A stretch of DNA of 64,000 bases from Octopus sinensis (GCF_006345805.1 NC_043010.1:26970001-27034000), one strand, 5' to 3'. Counted from the first letter of the stretch, positions 1 through 13,843 are shown. Numbers and translations are program-made. The notes: generated by a model from the letters alone, not told the origin.

Positions 1-1900
1 ATATGAAGTCAGGAAAAGCCCCCAGCCCCATCAGGAATCACTGCTGAGATGTTTAAAATATCTGGTGGTGTGGGTTATGGTCTAGTCACCCATATTGTAA
101 ACCAGGTGGTTCACGAAGGAGTCATACCCAATGACTGGCGTAGTAGCACCATAGTCAGCTGCTACAAAGGTAAAGGTGATGCTTTAGATAGAAATAGCTA
201 CAGGAGTAGTAAATTGCTGGATCAGGTGATAAAGGTCATGGAGAGGGTCATAACCCAACTAATTAGGGAGTCAGCCTAGATGAGATGCAGTTCGGCTTTG
301 TGCCAAGTAGAAACACCAATGATGCTATATTTCTGCAGGAGAAATACTTAGCCAAAGATAAACCCCTATACTTGGCTTTTGTTGACTTGGGGAAAGCCTT
401 TGACAGGATCCCTCCGATCCCTTATCTAGTGGGCAATGGAGAAACTAAGGATAGATGAGTGGTTAGTAAGAGCTGTACAGCCCCTGTACAATGATGCTGT
501 CAGTAAGGTAAGGATCAGCAATGAGCATAGTGAAGAATTCCAGTTAGAAGTAGGTGTTCACCAAGGATCAGTCCTCAGCCCCCTCTTATTCATCATAGTC
601 CTCCAGGCAATAACAGAGAAGTTCAAGACAGACTGCCCCTGGGAGCTCCTCCATGCTGATGACCTTGTTCTCATAGCTGAATCACTACCACATCTAGAGA
701 AGAAATTTCAGATGTGGAAGCAAGGTTTAGAATTAAAGCCCTAGTAGGTAGGAAGGCGAATAAATCACAAACCCTTTCAGGTAGATGACCCTGCTCGATC
801 TGTAGAAAAGGTGTAGGTAGAAGCTCCATAAGATGTGCTCAGTGTAAGCTATGGATGCATAAAAGGTGCAGCAACATCAAAGGAAGGCTAACAAGTATGA
901 CAAATTTTGTGTGCGACAGATGCACAGGAGCAGTAAACATCGAAGATGTCCAGAAAACAGATTCCATCACATGCCAGAGGGAGAAACTAGAAGTAGTTGA
1001 TAGCTTCCGGTACGTAGATGACCAACTCTGTAGCGGGGGGTGGATGCTCGGAGAGCATTGCCACTAGAATAAGAATAGCCTGGGCTAAGTTCAGAAAGCT
1101 CCTACCTCTACTTGGGATAAAGGGCCTCTCGCTCATAGTGAAAGGTAGACTTTATGATGCATGTATGCGAACTGCCATGCTACACGGCAGTGAAACATGG
1201 GCCGTGACTGCTGAAGACATGCGTAGACGTGAAAGAAATGAAGCTAGTATGATCCGCTGGATGTGTAATGTCAGTGTGCACACATGACAGAGTGTAAGTG
1301 CCCTGAAAGAAATGTTGGACATAAGAAGCATTAGATGTAGTGTACAAGAGATATGACTGCGGTGGTATGGTCGTGTGCTGTGTATGGATGAGGAGAGCTG
1401 TATGAAGAAGTGTCACCCCCTGACAGTAGAAGGAACCCGTGGAAGAGGGTGACCTAGGAATACATGGGATGAGATGGTGAAGCATGACCTTCAAATGTTG
1501 GGCCTCACAGATGCAATGATAGGAGACCGAGACCTCTGGAGATATGTTGTGATTGAGAAGCGTGATCACAGCTGTAGCCTGTACCAGTGTCACATAACCA
1601 GCCCATTTTAAAAAGTACCTTTGAATCGTCAGGTGACACGCTGTACTTGAGGAGACCTATTGAGTCAAGTAAAATGAAAATCAAAATCAAAAGGGAAATT
1701 GTAGTTGTGACTGATACCAGTACCGCCAGACTGGCTCCCTTGCTGGTGGCATGCAATAAGCACCATTTATGCATGAATCAAAGTCAGTGCCACTTGACTA
1801 GTTCCTCATGTTGGTGGCATGTAAAAAGCACCATCCGAACGTGGCTGATGCCAGCATGGAAAACAGATGTTAAGCAATGATGGTGATGGTGGTGGTGGTG
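1..1900 (+). mobile_element. Decayed RTE-clade LINE: 3' part of RT, 3' UTR and GAT/GGT tail
   Basis: Broken ORFs with YKGKGDAL, GVHQGSVLSPLLF, (Y/H)ADDLVL, F.Y.GD and LHGSETW; many stops and frameshifts; UTR shared with the other copies. Confidence 0.93.
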
Positions 1901-2349
1901 GTAGCATGGATTGGACAGTTTGACAGGACTCGCTGTGTTCAAGGACTGCATCATGGTCTAATGTCTGTTTTGGCATGGTTTTTGCGGTTGGGTGCCCTTC
2001 CTAATGCCAACCATTTTGCAGCATACTCTGAGTGTTTTTTTCATGTCACCTGCACCACTGAGGTCACCATACAGTTTGCAGAATTACAAACCCTTGAGGG
2101 GTGGGGGATGGAAGCATCAGCTTTATGCTTGGGAACAAGGGATTGAACTTGTGAGAAGTTAGGGGTGGGGCAGTGTAGGACCTTGTAGAGTATCTGCATG
2201 GCTGATCAAATCTAGTGCAGGAAGGGGAATGAAAGAGAAAAATGAACAGTAGGAGCTTCAAGAGATAAATAAAGGAGATGAGATGCCTAGATGGAAATAA
2301 TTTAATAAAATCAAGACAGAAAGGTAAAATTTAAATAAAAACACCTTAG

Positions 2350-3840
2350 CCCTTTCATTACCATACTAGCTGAAACCAGCCCTGGCTCTAAGTACAAATG
2401 TCTTGTTTTCATAAGTTTTGAAGTAAAAATCTTCAACCAAACCTTAGTCACAATTTATGTTCCTAACACTAGCTGAATGATAACTAAGTTATTTCCATAA
2501 ATTCTTTCTTATATTTATTTAAAGTAATTGAAAGAAACACAGAGCATCTCAAAATAAATACAGTAACGAAAGGGTTAAAATATATAATAGAGAAATAATT
2601 CTTTACCCTTTAGATACCAACCTGGCTGAAATTCACTTTGGGTCTGAGTACAAATGTCTTGTTTTCATAAGTTTTGAATTAAAATATTCCACCAAACCTT
2701 AGTCACAATTTATGTTCCTAACACTAGCTTAATGATAACTAAGTTATTTTACTAAATTATTTGTTATATTTAAATTAATTCAAAGAAACACAGAGCATCT
2801 CAAAATATATACAGTAACATAAGGGTTAAAACTAATAGTTTTGTTCCAGAATTTAGAATAGTCTCTGACAGTTTGCTACCAAAATGGTTTGGTGTTATGG
2901 CAGCATATATAACTCAGTATGCATAACATTTACTCAGATGAAAACTAATCAATGTTTAACCAGCCAACCTGTTAGAAATAGACAAAATTTCCTTCAGATC
3001 TTCCCTTACTGTCTTAACTCTTTTGATACAAACTGTCCCTGGTTCTGTGACACAAACTTCCTGTTTTAAATTTATCTAAATTTAGAAAAAAGAAAAAAAG
3101 TTTGTGTTAGTTTCTGCTTCAAACACCAACTTAACAATGACAAAGTTATTCTACTAAATTCTACATTGTTTTCAAAATATTTGAAACAAAAGCTATGTAC
3201 TTCAATGGAATTATGGTAATAGAAGGATTAACATAAATGTTCGAGAGGCATATGTTGAATGCCATTAACCCTTTTGATCCCAAACCATCTGAGACAGCCC
3301 TTGATTCTATGATACAAACTTCTTGCTTTAATACGATTTCTGTCAAACTTTCATGCTGATTTATGTTCCAAACACTCGATTAATTAATGACAAAATTATT
3401 TTACAAAATTTCTCACTATTTTCGAAATTAGTTAAAAGAAAACTGCATTTCAACAATGATTAACAAAAGGGTTAAAGTAGCCTGGATTAAAACCTTCCAT
3501 CAAAATGTCATGTTAATTTATGCTCTAAACACCAGGTTAATGAATGACAAAGTTATTCTGTGATAGGCTTCGTTATTTTCAAAATTAACCCTTTGGCATT
3601 CAGATCATGTAATGCTTATTGACTAACATTGTTTTGAATTAATCCCGGCTTATCTCATTGCTTCTAAATGCTGATGATGTGATTGCTTATTTTTAGAATG
3701 ACATTGTAGGGTATGTGTGAAAAGCCAGATCCAGCTAGGTTGTACATAAAGTAGGTAGGATATTTGGACCAGATGTTTAAATACCTAAGGGTTAATTAAA
3801 ACAAAGTGTATTTGAACAGAAATATGGTAACAAAAGGGCT
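2350..3840. mobile_element. Cluster of about 200-225 bp piggyBac-type MITEs (2350-2574, 2606-2825, 3269-3471, and 3589-3791 nested in another copy)
   Basis: Termini TTAA|CCCTT...AAGGG|TTAA (intact at 3265-3475 and 3585-3795); shared internal sequence; related pieces at about 55570-55912. Confidence 0.7.
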
Positions 3841-3897
3841 AAAAAAAAGAAAAGACAAACTTGACAATGCTGTTCTAAATACTCAATAAACCTGAAT

Positions 3898-4140
3898 CAT
3901 GGAGGTGCAATGCTTTGTGGTTAGGGTGTCAGATTCATAATCATAAGATTGTGGTTTCAATTCCTGGAGCGGTCAATGTGTTGTGTTCTTGAGCAAAACA
4001 CTCCACTTCACATTGCTCCAGTCCACTTAGCTGACAAAAGTGAGTAATCTTAAAATGGATTGGCATCCCATCCAGGAGGGGAATATACAGACCATGGAAA
4101 CTGGGAAACCAGCCCTTATGGGTCTATGTAACTCAGGAAG
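3898..4140 (+). mobile_element. tRNA-headed SINE, family S3 (approximate ends)
   Basis: A-box-like TGTGGTTAGG and B-box-like GGTTTCAATTCC, then tgttgtgttcttgagcaa; relatives at about 13440-13830 (-), 40322-40590 (-), 50105-50378 (-), 57150-57460 (+) and 59215-59515 (-). Confidence 0.65.
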
Positions 4141-4197
4141 GGACTTGAAATTTGAACTTGAAATGAATCTGAATTCCAAATATATATATATATATAT

Positions 4198-4490
4198 ATA
4201 GTAATGTTTATATGCCAACAGAACGTGGCAGTCCTGTAAAGGACTATGTAATTGTTGTTGTAGCCCCAGGAAAACATCTTTTCCAGCTGGCTGCCATATA
4301 GCATTCACAAGGGACACAAACTGTGTATCGATAGCCAGCTGGAAAAGATGTTTTTCTGGGGCTACAACAACAGTAACAGTATAGGACAGTCCCACATTCT
4401 GTTGGTGTATAAACATTACTATCCTGGTACTATTACTGTAGATCCCTCACTCAGGGATTTAAAACAAGTTGTTTTTCTCTATATATGAAA
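4198..4490. repeat. Fold-back copy of the repeat family also at 32371-32725 (inverted arms 4198-4292 and 4333-4422)
   Basis: The arms are reverse complements (about 90 bp); both blocks are homologous to 32381-32440 and 32610-32725. Confidence 0.8.
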
Positions 4491-4646
4491 TACGCTTGGC
4501 TTGAATACCTCTGACAGAACATGGCTGACCAAGGGCTAAACTACAATGCAATGCCAATATACTCTAATGAGGAGCTTGCCTAAACTGGACCTTTGTGTGG
4601 CTCACAAAACCAGAGCTGTTAAAATACTTCAACATAGTAGTTTGGC

Positions 4647-4718
4647 CTCTGGTCTGATCTGGTTTGGTCTGGTCGGGTCTGGTCTGGTCTGGTCGGGTCG
4701 GGTCTGGTCTGGTCTGGT
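4647..4718. repeat. (GGTCT)n pentanucleotide microsatellite
   Basis: About 14 imperfect ggtct/ggtcg units. Confidence 0.9.
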
Positions 4719-5899
4719 ATGTTAGAAAGCCTTCCAGCTGCTTCTCTCACACAGCATATAAACCCATATCAGTGGAACATTGAATGAATGGTATTCATGG
4801 TATTCATTGTGGAAATTCTTCTTATTTCATGAAAATTCAATGTAAATAGTAAAGCATGTTTCTGCTTTCAGCAGCATTATAACTGTTTTTCTGAGAGGAC
4901 AAAAAAAATCTTTTGTTTCCTTACAGCTGTATGGACAGGGACCGGGGTGGGGTGAGAAGGGGGTTCACTTGAGTTGAAAAAAAACACAAGAAACACTTGT
5001 TTGTTTCTAAGCATCTCACCTGACAGACTGTAAAGATGTGTCTGAGAGTGGTTCTATGTGTCTGTGTATTTTTAATTGGGAGTAGGTGTTTATCAATCTA
5101 TCTATCTACATATGTGTGCGTGTGTGTATATATACATATATAGTTACATGTATGTGTGTGTATCTGTGTATATATATATATTTATATACACACATATATA
5201 CACATGTGTATATGCATATACATATGTATAAATGCAAGTATATATACTTACAGATATACACATATGTAATATATATATGTATATGTATATGTAAGTATGC
5301 CTAAATACATATGTATATATATCTATACACACATACATGCCACCACCACCACCACCACCATATGTTTACTGGTTGTATTTTATATACTCCCCCCTTTCAC
5401 TCTCACTCTCTTTCACATTCTCTCTCTCTCTCTCTCTCACTTTCTCCCCCCCCCCCCTTTTTATAAAACCTTTCATATTCCTGTTTAAAATTTTTCCGCC
5501 TTTATTCTTGCATGTTTACACATTTGAATCCATATTTCTATTTAAAACATCCTAGAAATGTAGCACTGTATATTGATTTTACCATGTTTATGTAGCTACA
5601 GGCACTGGGATGGCTGTAAGGTAGACAAACCTGTTATGCAATCATGTTGCTTTTGGTTCAATACCATTGTGTGACACCCATGACATGTGTCCTCTACTGT
5701 AGTCCTGGGTTGAACAATGCCTCATGAAAGGTTTTTGAATAACAGAAACTGTGCAGAAAACCTTACCTCGTTTTACCTGTTTCAGTCATTCAATTGTGGC
5801 CATGCCTGAGCACCCCCTTGAAAGGTTTTATGCAAATGAATTGACCCCAGGACGTTGTTTCTTTTAATAATAATAATAATAATGAGACTATTGCTTGAC

Positions 5900-6292
5900 G
5901 AGACCTATTGAGTCAAGTACATCAACATCAATATCAAAATCAAATCAAATGGAAATTGTAGTTGTGACCCCTGTGCTGGTAACATGTAAAAAGCACTATC
6001 TGAATGTGGCCGATGCCAGTGTCGCTTTGACTGGCTTCCATGTGGGTGGCATGTAAAAAGTACCATCTGATCGTGGTCAATGCCAGCTCCTCTGGCCCCT
6101 ATGCCGGTGGCACATAAAAAGCACCCACTACACTCTCGGAGTGATTGGCATTAGGAAGGGCATCCAGCTGTAGAAACACTGCCAGATCAGACTGGAGCCT
6201 GGTGCAGCCTCCTGGCTTCTCAGACCCCAGTTGAAGTGTCCAACCCATGCCAGCATGGAAAACAGATGTTAAACGATGATGATGATGATGAT
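5900..6292 (+). mobile_element. Solo RTE 3' UTR/tail copy ending in (GAT)n
   Basis: Same sequence as the UTR of the RTEs at 38450-40286. Further solo copies at about 1903-2085 (-), 7080-7300 (+), 15641-16143 (+), 24500-24695 (+), 25445-25680 (-), 25875-26100 (-), 27955-28140 (-), 30164-30420 (-), 35991-36275 (-), 45168-45390 (-), 46324-46758 (-), 56115-56316 (+), 57475-57612 (+), 58795-59160 (-) and 60520-60745 (+). Confidence 0.85.
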
Positions 6293-6295
6293 ATT

Positions 6296-6560
6296 GTGTA
6301 TAGTGCTCAGGTGCACTACAACTCATCAAAGGTGCATGTACAGTACATAAGATTATGTACAAAAGTCAAGAAAGTGAACAGTGTATAAGTCATGATATAC
6401 ATGTGTGCATGTGTATGGAGTGGGGGACATCAGGTGTAGTGTTGGCAAATTTGAGGAAGCATAGTGGCTTTAAAGGATGCAATGTCTCATCAGCTAACAA
6501 CTGATGCAGGTAGTTTGTTCCATGCTTCAGCAACTGAGTGTGAAAAAAATGTTTCTGAAA
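6296..6560 (-). mobile_element. 3' fragment of a CR1-like LINE ORF2
   Basis: The minus strand reads DFQKHFFTLSVAEAWNKLPASVVS..IASFKA (frame corrected by eye), matching the CR1 C-terminal FFxxRVxxxWNxLP motif. Confidence 0.65.
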
Positions 6561-8162
6561 ATCATAAGCTCAATACTTATTCTATCGGTCTCTTTTGCTG
6601 AACAGTTAAATTACTTGGATGTAACTTACTATAGCCCCTTATGTATCCCTATATCTCTTCTACTCTTATATCTTCCACCTTACCCTTCTCCATACTGACC
6701 TTTCTCCTCATCTGCACTCCCACCCTTCCTCACTCACTACACTATTTTTTACCTCCACCTGTTTACCCCCTCCTCACTCCCTTATGAAAGCATCCGCCCT
6801 TCCATTCCCTCCGATGATCTGCTGTCTATGTTCTCTTTTATGCTCACCTTCTTGTTCCTGGAGCATTTACTCTAAAACCTTATCATTACCTTTGCTCTCA
6901 TTTCCTTCAGCCATATATCTCCTCTACAACATGACACCTGTGCTTGTGCCTCTGTCATACTTTGGCCTTTCAACACCTGGCATACAGCCATCCACCTCCA
7001 CTTTTCCCTCCCAAGTACTTCCTCTTAATTGTGGAAGCATCTGGTTTCACCTTTTGCGCTGTTCTTTTTCTGTCTTGTAAGTTACATGGCAGCCTCGCTT
7101 GTGCTAGTGGCATGAAAAAAAGCACCCAGTATGCTCTGGAAAGTGGTTGGCATTAGGAATGGCATCCAGCCATAGAAACCATACCTAAAATGACATTGGA
7201 GCTTGACACAGCCCTACAACTTGCTGCTTTCCTGCCAAACCATTTCACCTATGCCAGTATGGAAAGTGGACACAAAATGATGATGATTATGACACAAGGT
7301 GATAATGGTAATGATGACAACGATCACAACAATATATATAACGTGATATAAATTTACACATTTATATATACAGGCACACATGTATGTGTTTGTACATAAT
7401 GGCTCTGAGTGAGATAACACACGTGGTTCTAATCAGTTCTGAAGCTGGTGAGATACAATTGGATCAAAATCATTGAGAGCCAATGTGGGGTGTCTTTTTT
7501 TTTTTTTTTTTTATACCAAGGGCACTATTTCAGTGCCAGGGGAGAACTGCATGTCAGTAAGAACCAGTGGAAGTGCATCTATGCTCAGAAAAATAATAAA
7601 ACATCATTTTTTATAAATTCATAGTTACGTTCCCTGCCACTGCTTGACAGCCAGTGCTGATGTGTTTACATCTCCGTAACTTAGCAGTTTAGCAAGAGAG
7701 ACCAACGGAATAAGGACTGAACGTTAAGGAAGAAGTAAGAAGTACTGGGGTTGATTCATTTGACTAAAAATCCTGTAAGGTGGTGCCCCAGTATGGCCAC
7801 AGTCTAATCACTGAAACAAGTAAAGGATTATAAATTCATAGATATATCCCCCACCGCTGTTTGACAACCAATAATTGTGTGTCTATGTCTCTAACTTAGC
7901 AGTTTGGCAAAAAAGACTGTTAGAATATGTGCTTGGCGAGCTGGCAGAATTGTTAGCACACCAGGCGAAATGCTTAGCAGTATTTCGTCTGCCATTACAT
8001 TCTGAGTTCAAATTCTGCCAAGGTCAACTTTGCCTTTCAGCCTTTTGGGATCGATTAAATAAGTACCAGTTACACACTGGGGCCGATGTAATCAACTTAA
8101 TCCCTTTGTCTATCCTTATTTGTCCCCTCTATGTTTAGCCCCCTGTGGACAATAAAGAAATA

Positions 8163-8719
8163 TTAGGTTGTCCGAAAAGTGCGTGCCAATTTTTAAAGGA
8201 AAGAAAAAGGTCAATAAATACATGCCATTACATTTTTAATCAACCAAATATGAACCATTTTGTTGCACAATGCGTCTCCATCTTTCCTTTAACTTGAAAA
8301 TACCCTGTTCCAAGAATTTCATGGCAAAGAATTCATCAAGGTATCATTTTACGTCATCCAAGGAATTGAAATTTTTACCATTAAGACTATTCTGCAGAGA
8401 CCTGAATAAGTGGAAATCTGAAGGAGCAACATCTGGTGAATATGGAGGATGGGGTAACACATCACAGCCGAGCTGCAGCAATTTTTGTCTGGTTCCCAAA
8501 GCATCAAGTGCTGAAAATGAACTTTCTTAACTTCCAATTTAAAAGGTTACAGAATTAACACAGATTATAGGAACATTAACCTTCTTCCATGAAAAGAAAG
8601 CTTAAACTGTGCTCTAAATGGAGGTGTAGTCAAATCCTATTTTATGGACTCAACCATGTTCTAAAATAAGTTGAAAGGTAAGCTACTATAAATCGGCGCG
8701 AACTTTCCGGACAACCCAA
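8163..8719 (-). mobile_element. Internally deleted mariner (DD34D-type) element, 557 bp
   Basis: TA duplications at 8161-62 and 8720-21; about 30-bp imperfect TIRs ttaggttgtccgaaaagtgcgtgccaattt / aaatcggcgcgaactttccggacaacccaa; minus strand encodes DVLPHPPYSPDVAPSDFHLFRSLQNSLNGKNF. Confidence 0.9.
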
Positions 8720-9430
8720 TAAATATGCGCTTGGTTTTAAAGTAAAAAAAAGAGTATTGGGGTTAATTCATTTAGCTAAAATCTTTCAAGATGGTAGCCC
8801 AGCATGGCTACACTCTAATGCCTGAAACAAGTAAGTGATTGTAAATTCGTAGATATGTCCCCCATCATTGCCTGACAACCAGTAATTGTGGGTTTATGTC
8901 TCCATAAGTTAGCAGTTTGACAAAAACAACCGATAGAATATGTTTGACTTTAAAGAAAAGGGTTAATTCGTTTAACTAAAATCCTTCAAGGTGGTGCCCC
9001 AGCATGGCCACAGTCTAATAACTGAAACAAGTAAATTTATATTGAATTCTACAATTTATATTGAATTTTAATGTTATTTGTCATTTGGAAGAATATTTTT
9101 GCCATCATTGGTAATATCAGGAAATACAATAATAATAATTTAACTTTCTATTAAATTTCTTGGTGCTTATACAAAATCATGAAGTGAATACTAATTTTCA
9201 AAAGAAAAAATATTTATTAACCTTAAAATAAAATTAAGCAAAACAAAATTCTTATTTGCATACTTGTAATAAATATGTCGATTTTTCTTTTTTTTCCTGT
9301 GTCTTCTTTCTGAATTTTATCACCATGTTGGTAATTTACTCGCTTGAGAACCTACCTTCACAAAACTTCATTTAAGAAATTTGTGTTTTTCAGAAAATTA
9401 TAAGACATTTATTTTGCACCTCTTCTTGCC

Positions 9431-9890
<460 letters not shown>

Positions 9891-10013
9891 ATTTCTTTCT
9901 GTATTTCATCGACATGATCACAATCTACTCCCCTGAAAACTTGTCTCTGCAAAAATTCATTAGAAAAAAATGTCTGGCCCCTCTTAAGTTATCATTTTAT
10001 ATTTATCTTTAAC

Positions 10014-11396
10014 AAGGCAGTGAGCTGGCAGAAATGTTAGCACGCCAGGCGAAATGCTTAGCAGTATTTTGTCTGTCTTTACATTCTGAGTTCAAATTCC
10101 GTTGAGGTCGACTTTGCCTTTCATCCTTTCGGGGTCAATAAATTAATTACCAGTTGCATACTGGGGTCGATCTAATCGACTGGCACCATCCCCTAAAATT
10201 TCGGGCTTTGTGCCTTGAGTAGAAAGGAAACGTTAGCACACCGGGTGAAATGCTTAGCAGTATTTCATTTGTCTTTATGTTCTGAGTTCAAATTCCATCG
10301 AGGTTGACTTTGCCTTTCATCCTTTTGAGGTCGATAAATTAAGTACCAATTGCGTAATGGGATCAATCTAATCAACTGGCACCCTCCCCCAAAATTTCGG
10401 GCCTTGTGCCTAGAGTAGAAAAGTATATTTGTCTTTTACTTCCTGTATTTACTCTCTCTCTCTTTCTCTTTCTCTCTCTTCCCCCTTCTTTCTATACAAT
10501 GTAAAGGAATCAACCAACCAACTGACCAGCCAGCATTAATACTGGCTATTATTACCTAGTGGTTAAAGGTGGGGAGCTGGCAAAATCGTTAGCATGCCGG
10601 GCAAAATGCTTAGCAGCATTTTATCTGTCTTTGCATTCTGAGTTCAAATTCTACTGAGGCTGACTTTACTTTTTATCCCCTTGGGGCCAATAAAATAAAT
10701 ACTAATTGATCACCAGGGCTAGTGTAATCGACTTACCCCATCCTTCAAAATTGCTGGCCTTGTGCCTAAATTGGAAACCATTATTAAATAGAGATTAAAG
10801 AAGGCAAGCCTGCAGAATTGTTAACATGTTGGAGAAGATAGTTAGTGATATTTCTTCCGGCTTTACATTCTGAGTTCAAATTTCACTCTGGTCAACTTTG
10901 TCTTTCATCCTTTTGGAGTTGAAAGGCAAAGGTGCCACTGCATGGCACCTTGGGCAAGTGTTCTTTACTGTAACCTTGGACCAACAAAAGCCTTGTTAGT
11001 GGATTTCATTGATGGAAGCTGAAAGAAATTTGTTGTATATATATATATATGTATTGTGGATCTGTGTGTCTGTGTCTGCACATGTCCCCCACCACTGCTT
11101 GACAACCAATTTTGGTATATTTATGTCCCTGTAACTTAGCAGTTCGACAAAGGAGACTAAGCAATTGACTATCCACTTTCCCTAAAATTTCAGGCCTTGT
11201 GCCTTTCGTAAAAACAGAGATTACTGTTTTAGTATTGAAATGCTTAGCAGTATTTCATCTGTGGCTATGTTCTGAGTTCAAATTCTGCCAAGATCAACTT
11301 CGCTTTTCGTCCTTTCCGGGTCAATACTGGGGTCGATGCAATTGACTTAAACCCTCCCCAAAACTTTCAGGCCTCATACCTAGAGTAGAAAAGAAT
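10014..11396 (+). mobile_element. Array of five S2 SINE copies (plus an S1 fragment) directly upstream of exon A
   Basis: Repeated gagctggcagaa..gttagca..aaatgcttagc..ctgagttcaaattc..ctttgcctttcatcc at about 10014, 10229, 10564, 10800 and 11235. Other S2 copies at 7935-8150, 35110-35320, 35375-35570, 29945-30150 (-) and 30435-30630 (-). Confidence 0.8.
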
Positions 11397-11433
11397 ATTG
11401 AAGCTTAAGAAGTTTCTGTTTTTTTCTTTTCAG

Positions 11434-11586
11434 GAGCATCTGAAGGAATTGGCTAACCTTGAACTGAATTGTGCTGATCCAACTCTGAAGGAAAAAACTT
11501 ACCTGAAACTGAGAGAAATAGAAAACGAGAGAAATAAACTGTTACAATTCAACAAAAAGAAGTGCATCAGTTTGCCAAAATTTGAG
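11434..11586 (+). CDS. CFAP99: CFAP99-like exon A (EHLKELANLELNCADPTLKEKTYLKLREIENERNKLLQFNKKKCISLPKFE)
   Basis: Polypyrimidine tract ttctgtttttttcttttcag then GAG; donor GAG|gtaaac; non-repetitive, charged, helical; joins in frame to exon B. Confidence 0.8.
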
Positions 11587-11980
11587 GTAAACCACACATT
11601 CTCTTTTCTCCTTTTGTTTCCTTCAAATCTCTCTCATCTGTCTTTTATAAACAGACTGGAAGAGAAAGATTTCAATGTTCTGACATACACTGTCTTTGCA
11701 GTTGTAATGCTTATGGTTAAAGGCCTGTTTGGTTAGAATTGACCAAGTGTTAAACAACCATAACAACAACAACTGCAAGACATAGAGTGAACCAATGGGA
11801 GAGCTTGTATTTGGTCACTTGACCTGCAAGAAATAGCAGCTAGATCTTCATGCACGTCTTTAAAAAGGAAGGAAGAACCTGACTATTGTAATTTTTAGAC
11901 ATACCATCTCTTCAACAAAAGAAAAAATGTAAAACTGGGCAAGTTAACCAAATCTAGAATGTCTTTGAAAATAAATCTAC

Positions 11981-12104
11981 AGAGTAAGGTCTAACTTGGA
12001 GTACAGGGTAAGATCTAACTTGGATTACAAGACAAGATCTAACTTGAAGTACAGGGAAAGGTCTAACTTGGTGTACAGGGCAAAGTCTAACTTGGTGTAC
12101 AGGC
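11981..12104. repeat. 24-bp minisatellite, 5 units
   Basis: Units start at 11981, 12005, 12029, 12053 and 12077; consensus about agggNaaggtctaacttggNgtac. Confidence 0.9.
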
Positions 12105-13843
12105 ATAACTGTGTGGTTGGGAAGTCTGTTTTGCAAGTACGTCTTTTCAGGTTCATTTTAACCCTGCAGAAAATGTTTTCTGTTTTGAGTTGATTAAAGT
12201 CTTCTTAATGAGAGTTAGTAAATGACAACTGTACTGAATCCTGTTGAAACCTATTGTTGCTTTTGAGCCGTGGATTTTGCCCAGTTTAACATCATTGCCT
12301 GGCCCTTTGGCCTTTGGTTCTTGTAGGTCATTCCAGTTGCTAGTAATTGGACCCAATTTCTTGATCTGGTGATAACGTCTTTCTATCCTTCCATATGTTC
12401 TAGGGGTCCCTAAAAAGGGTTAATGAGCCCCACTTCTCTTGCTTTCATTTATAACAAATATAAGAATTTACATGATATGTGAAACATTTATGACATTTTC
12501 TAGGGATCTGTTAGTATTTTGGCTAAGGTTGATACTTGGGGTTTCAAATCTGTCATCAGGAGGACATCGTAGGAGAAAGGGAAGGAAATTTTAGTGTCAT
12601 GTAAGGGTTGTATTCAGTCAGTAGACACACACACACACAATGAACCAGCAGGAAAGCTTGTACTGGGTTGCTTGACCTTATAGAAATAGCAGCTAAATCT
12701 CCATATTTGTCTTTAAAAAAAAACAAAGGCATGAATACTGTGGTTGAAAATATACTATGTCAGACACACATACGAGAGAGTGCTGAAAAGTTGCAGGCTT
12801 TAAGGTATCGCGAAAGGCCTGGCTGGAGGCCCAACCATCCAAGTTCTTTTACAGGGCTTAGAAAAACTGAAATACCATTGCAATAAGTGTGTGAATTTGA
12901 GAGAGGAATATGTTAAAATAAAATCATAATTAACTGATCCTCCTGAATTTTCTTTTACCCAAAGCCAGGAACTTTTCAACACCCCCTCATGTCACCCTTA
13001 TAACCACAGTCAACCTAGATAAAAATATCATAAGGTGAGCCCACCCCCACCACACTCTATACCTCAATTCCACCTTGGAAGTATCTAAACTTGACCTTAA
13101 ATACACAAAACCTAATTCATGAAATAACTGTATGTAGGTCATGGTATGTAGGGCTTTTCACTGCCTTCCCATTTAAGAAAAGAAGGGTGTTGCTTATCTA
13201 TTAATTTCATATCGTTTCATATTAAGCTATCTCTTATTTCTTATCTTTTATCAGTCTGTCTTTCTGTTTGGTTGTCTCATATTTCTATATTTTATTCACC
13301 AAGGAACAAAACTTGCATTAGTATTTTATTTATTTGGATTCAAGTAAATCTCTCCTTCTCCTTTCCTCTTGTTTCCTCTTTGTATTGTATTTTGTATTTC
13401 CTTTTCTCTCCTTTTTCTTAATTCCACACTGATACATAAATACATATGCTTAATAAAAACTCTTGACTCCGTCGGTCACGAATGATCATGGGTGCAACTA
13501 AGAGGTTCCCCTCTGGGGTAAAAGTCTGGGCAGAAAGTTGCCTCACCAGTGAACACACAACCTAGGGTTGTTATTATGGAAGACCAGAGGTTGTCCACGC
13601 ATACCAGCTTTTCCCTCTCCAAGCCACTGATGTTATCCAAGGGAAAGGCAAAGGCTGATACAGCTTGGCACTAGTGATGTCACAACTTATTTGTACAGCT
13701 GAATGAACTGGGGCAATGTGAAATAAAGTGTCTTGCTCAAGAACACAACACGCAGCCCAGTCCAGGAATCGAACTCACAACCTCACGATCATAAGCTCGA
13801 TGCTCTAACCACTGAGCCATGCACCTTCACATATGCATAATAC

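Noticed and set aside
11981-12104. CRISPR-like regular repeat
   Set aside because: Head-to-tail units with no unique spacers, eukaryotic context, no cas genes.
12525-12565. Minus-strand CUGAUGA..GAAAC..GUA
   Set aside because: Neither stem II nor stem I pairs; chance match.
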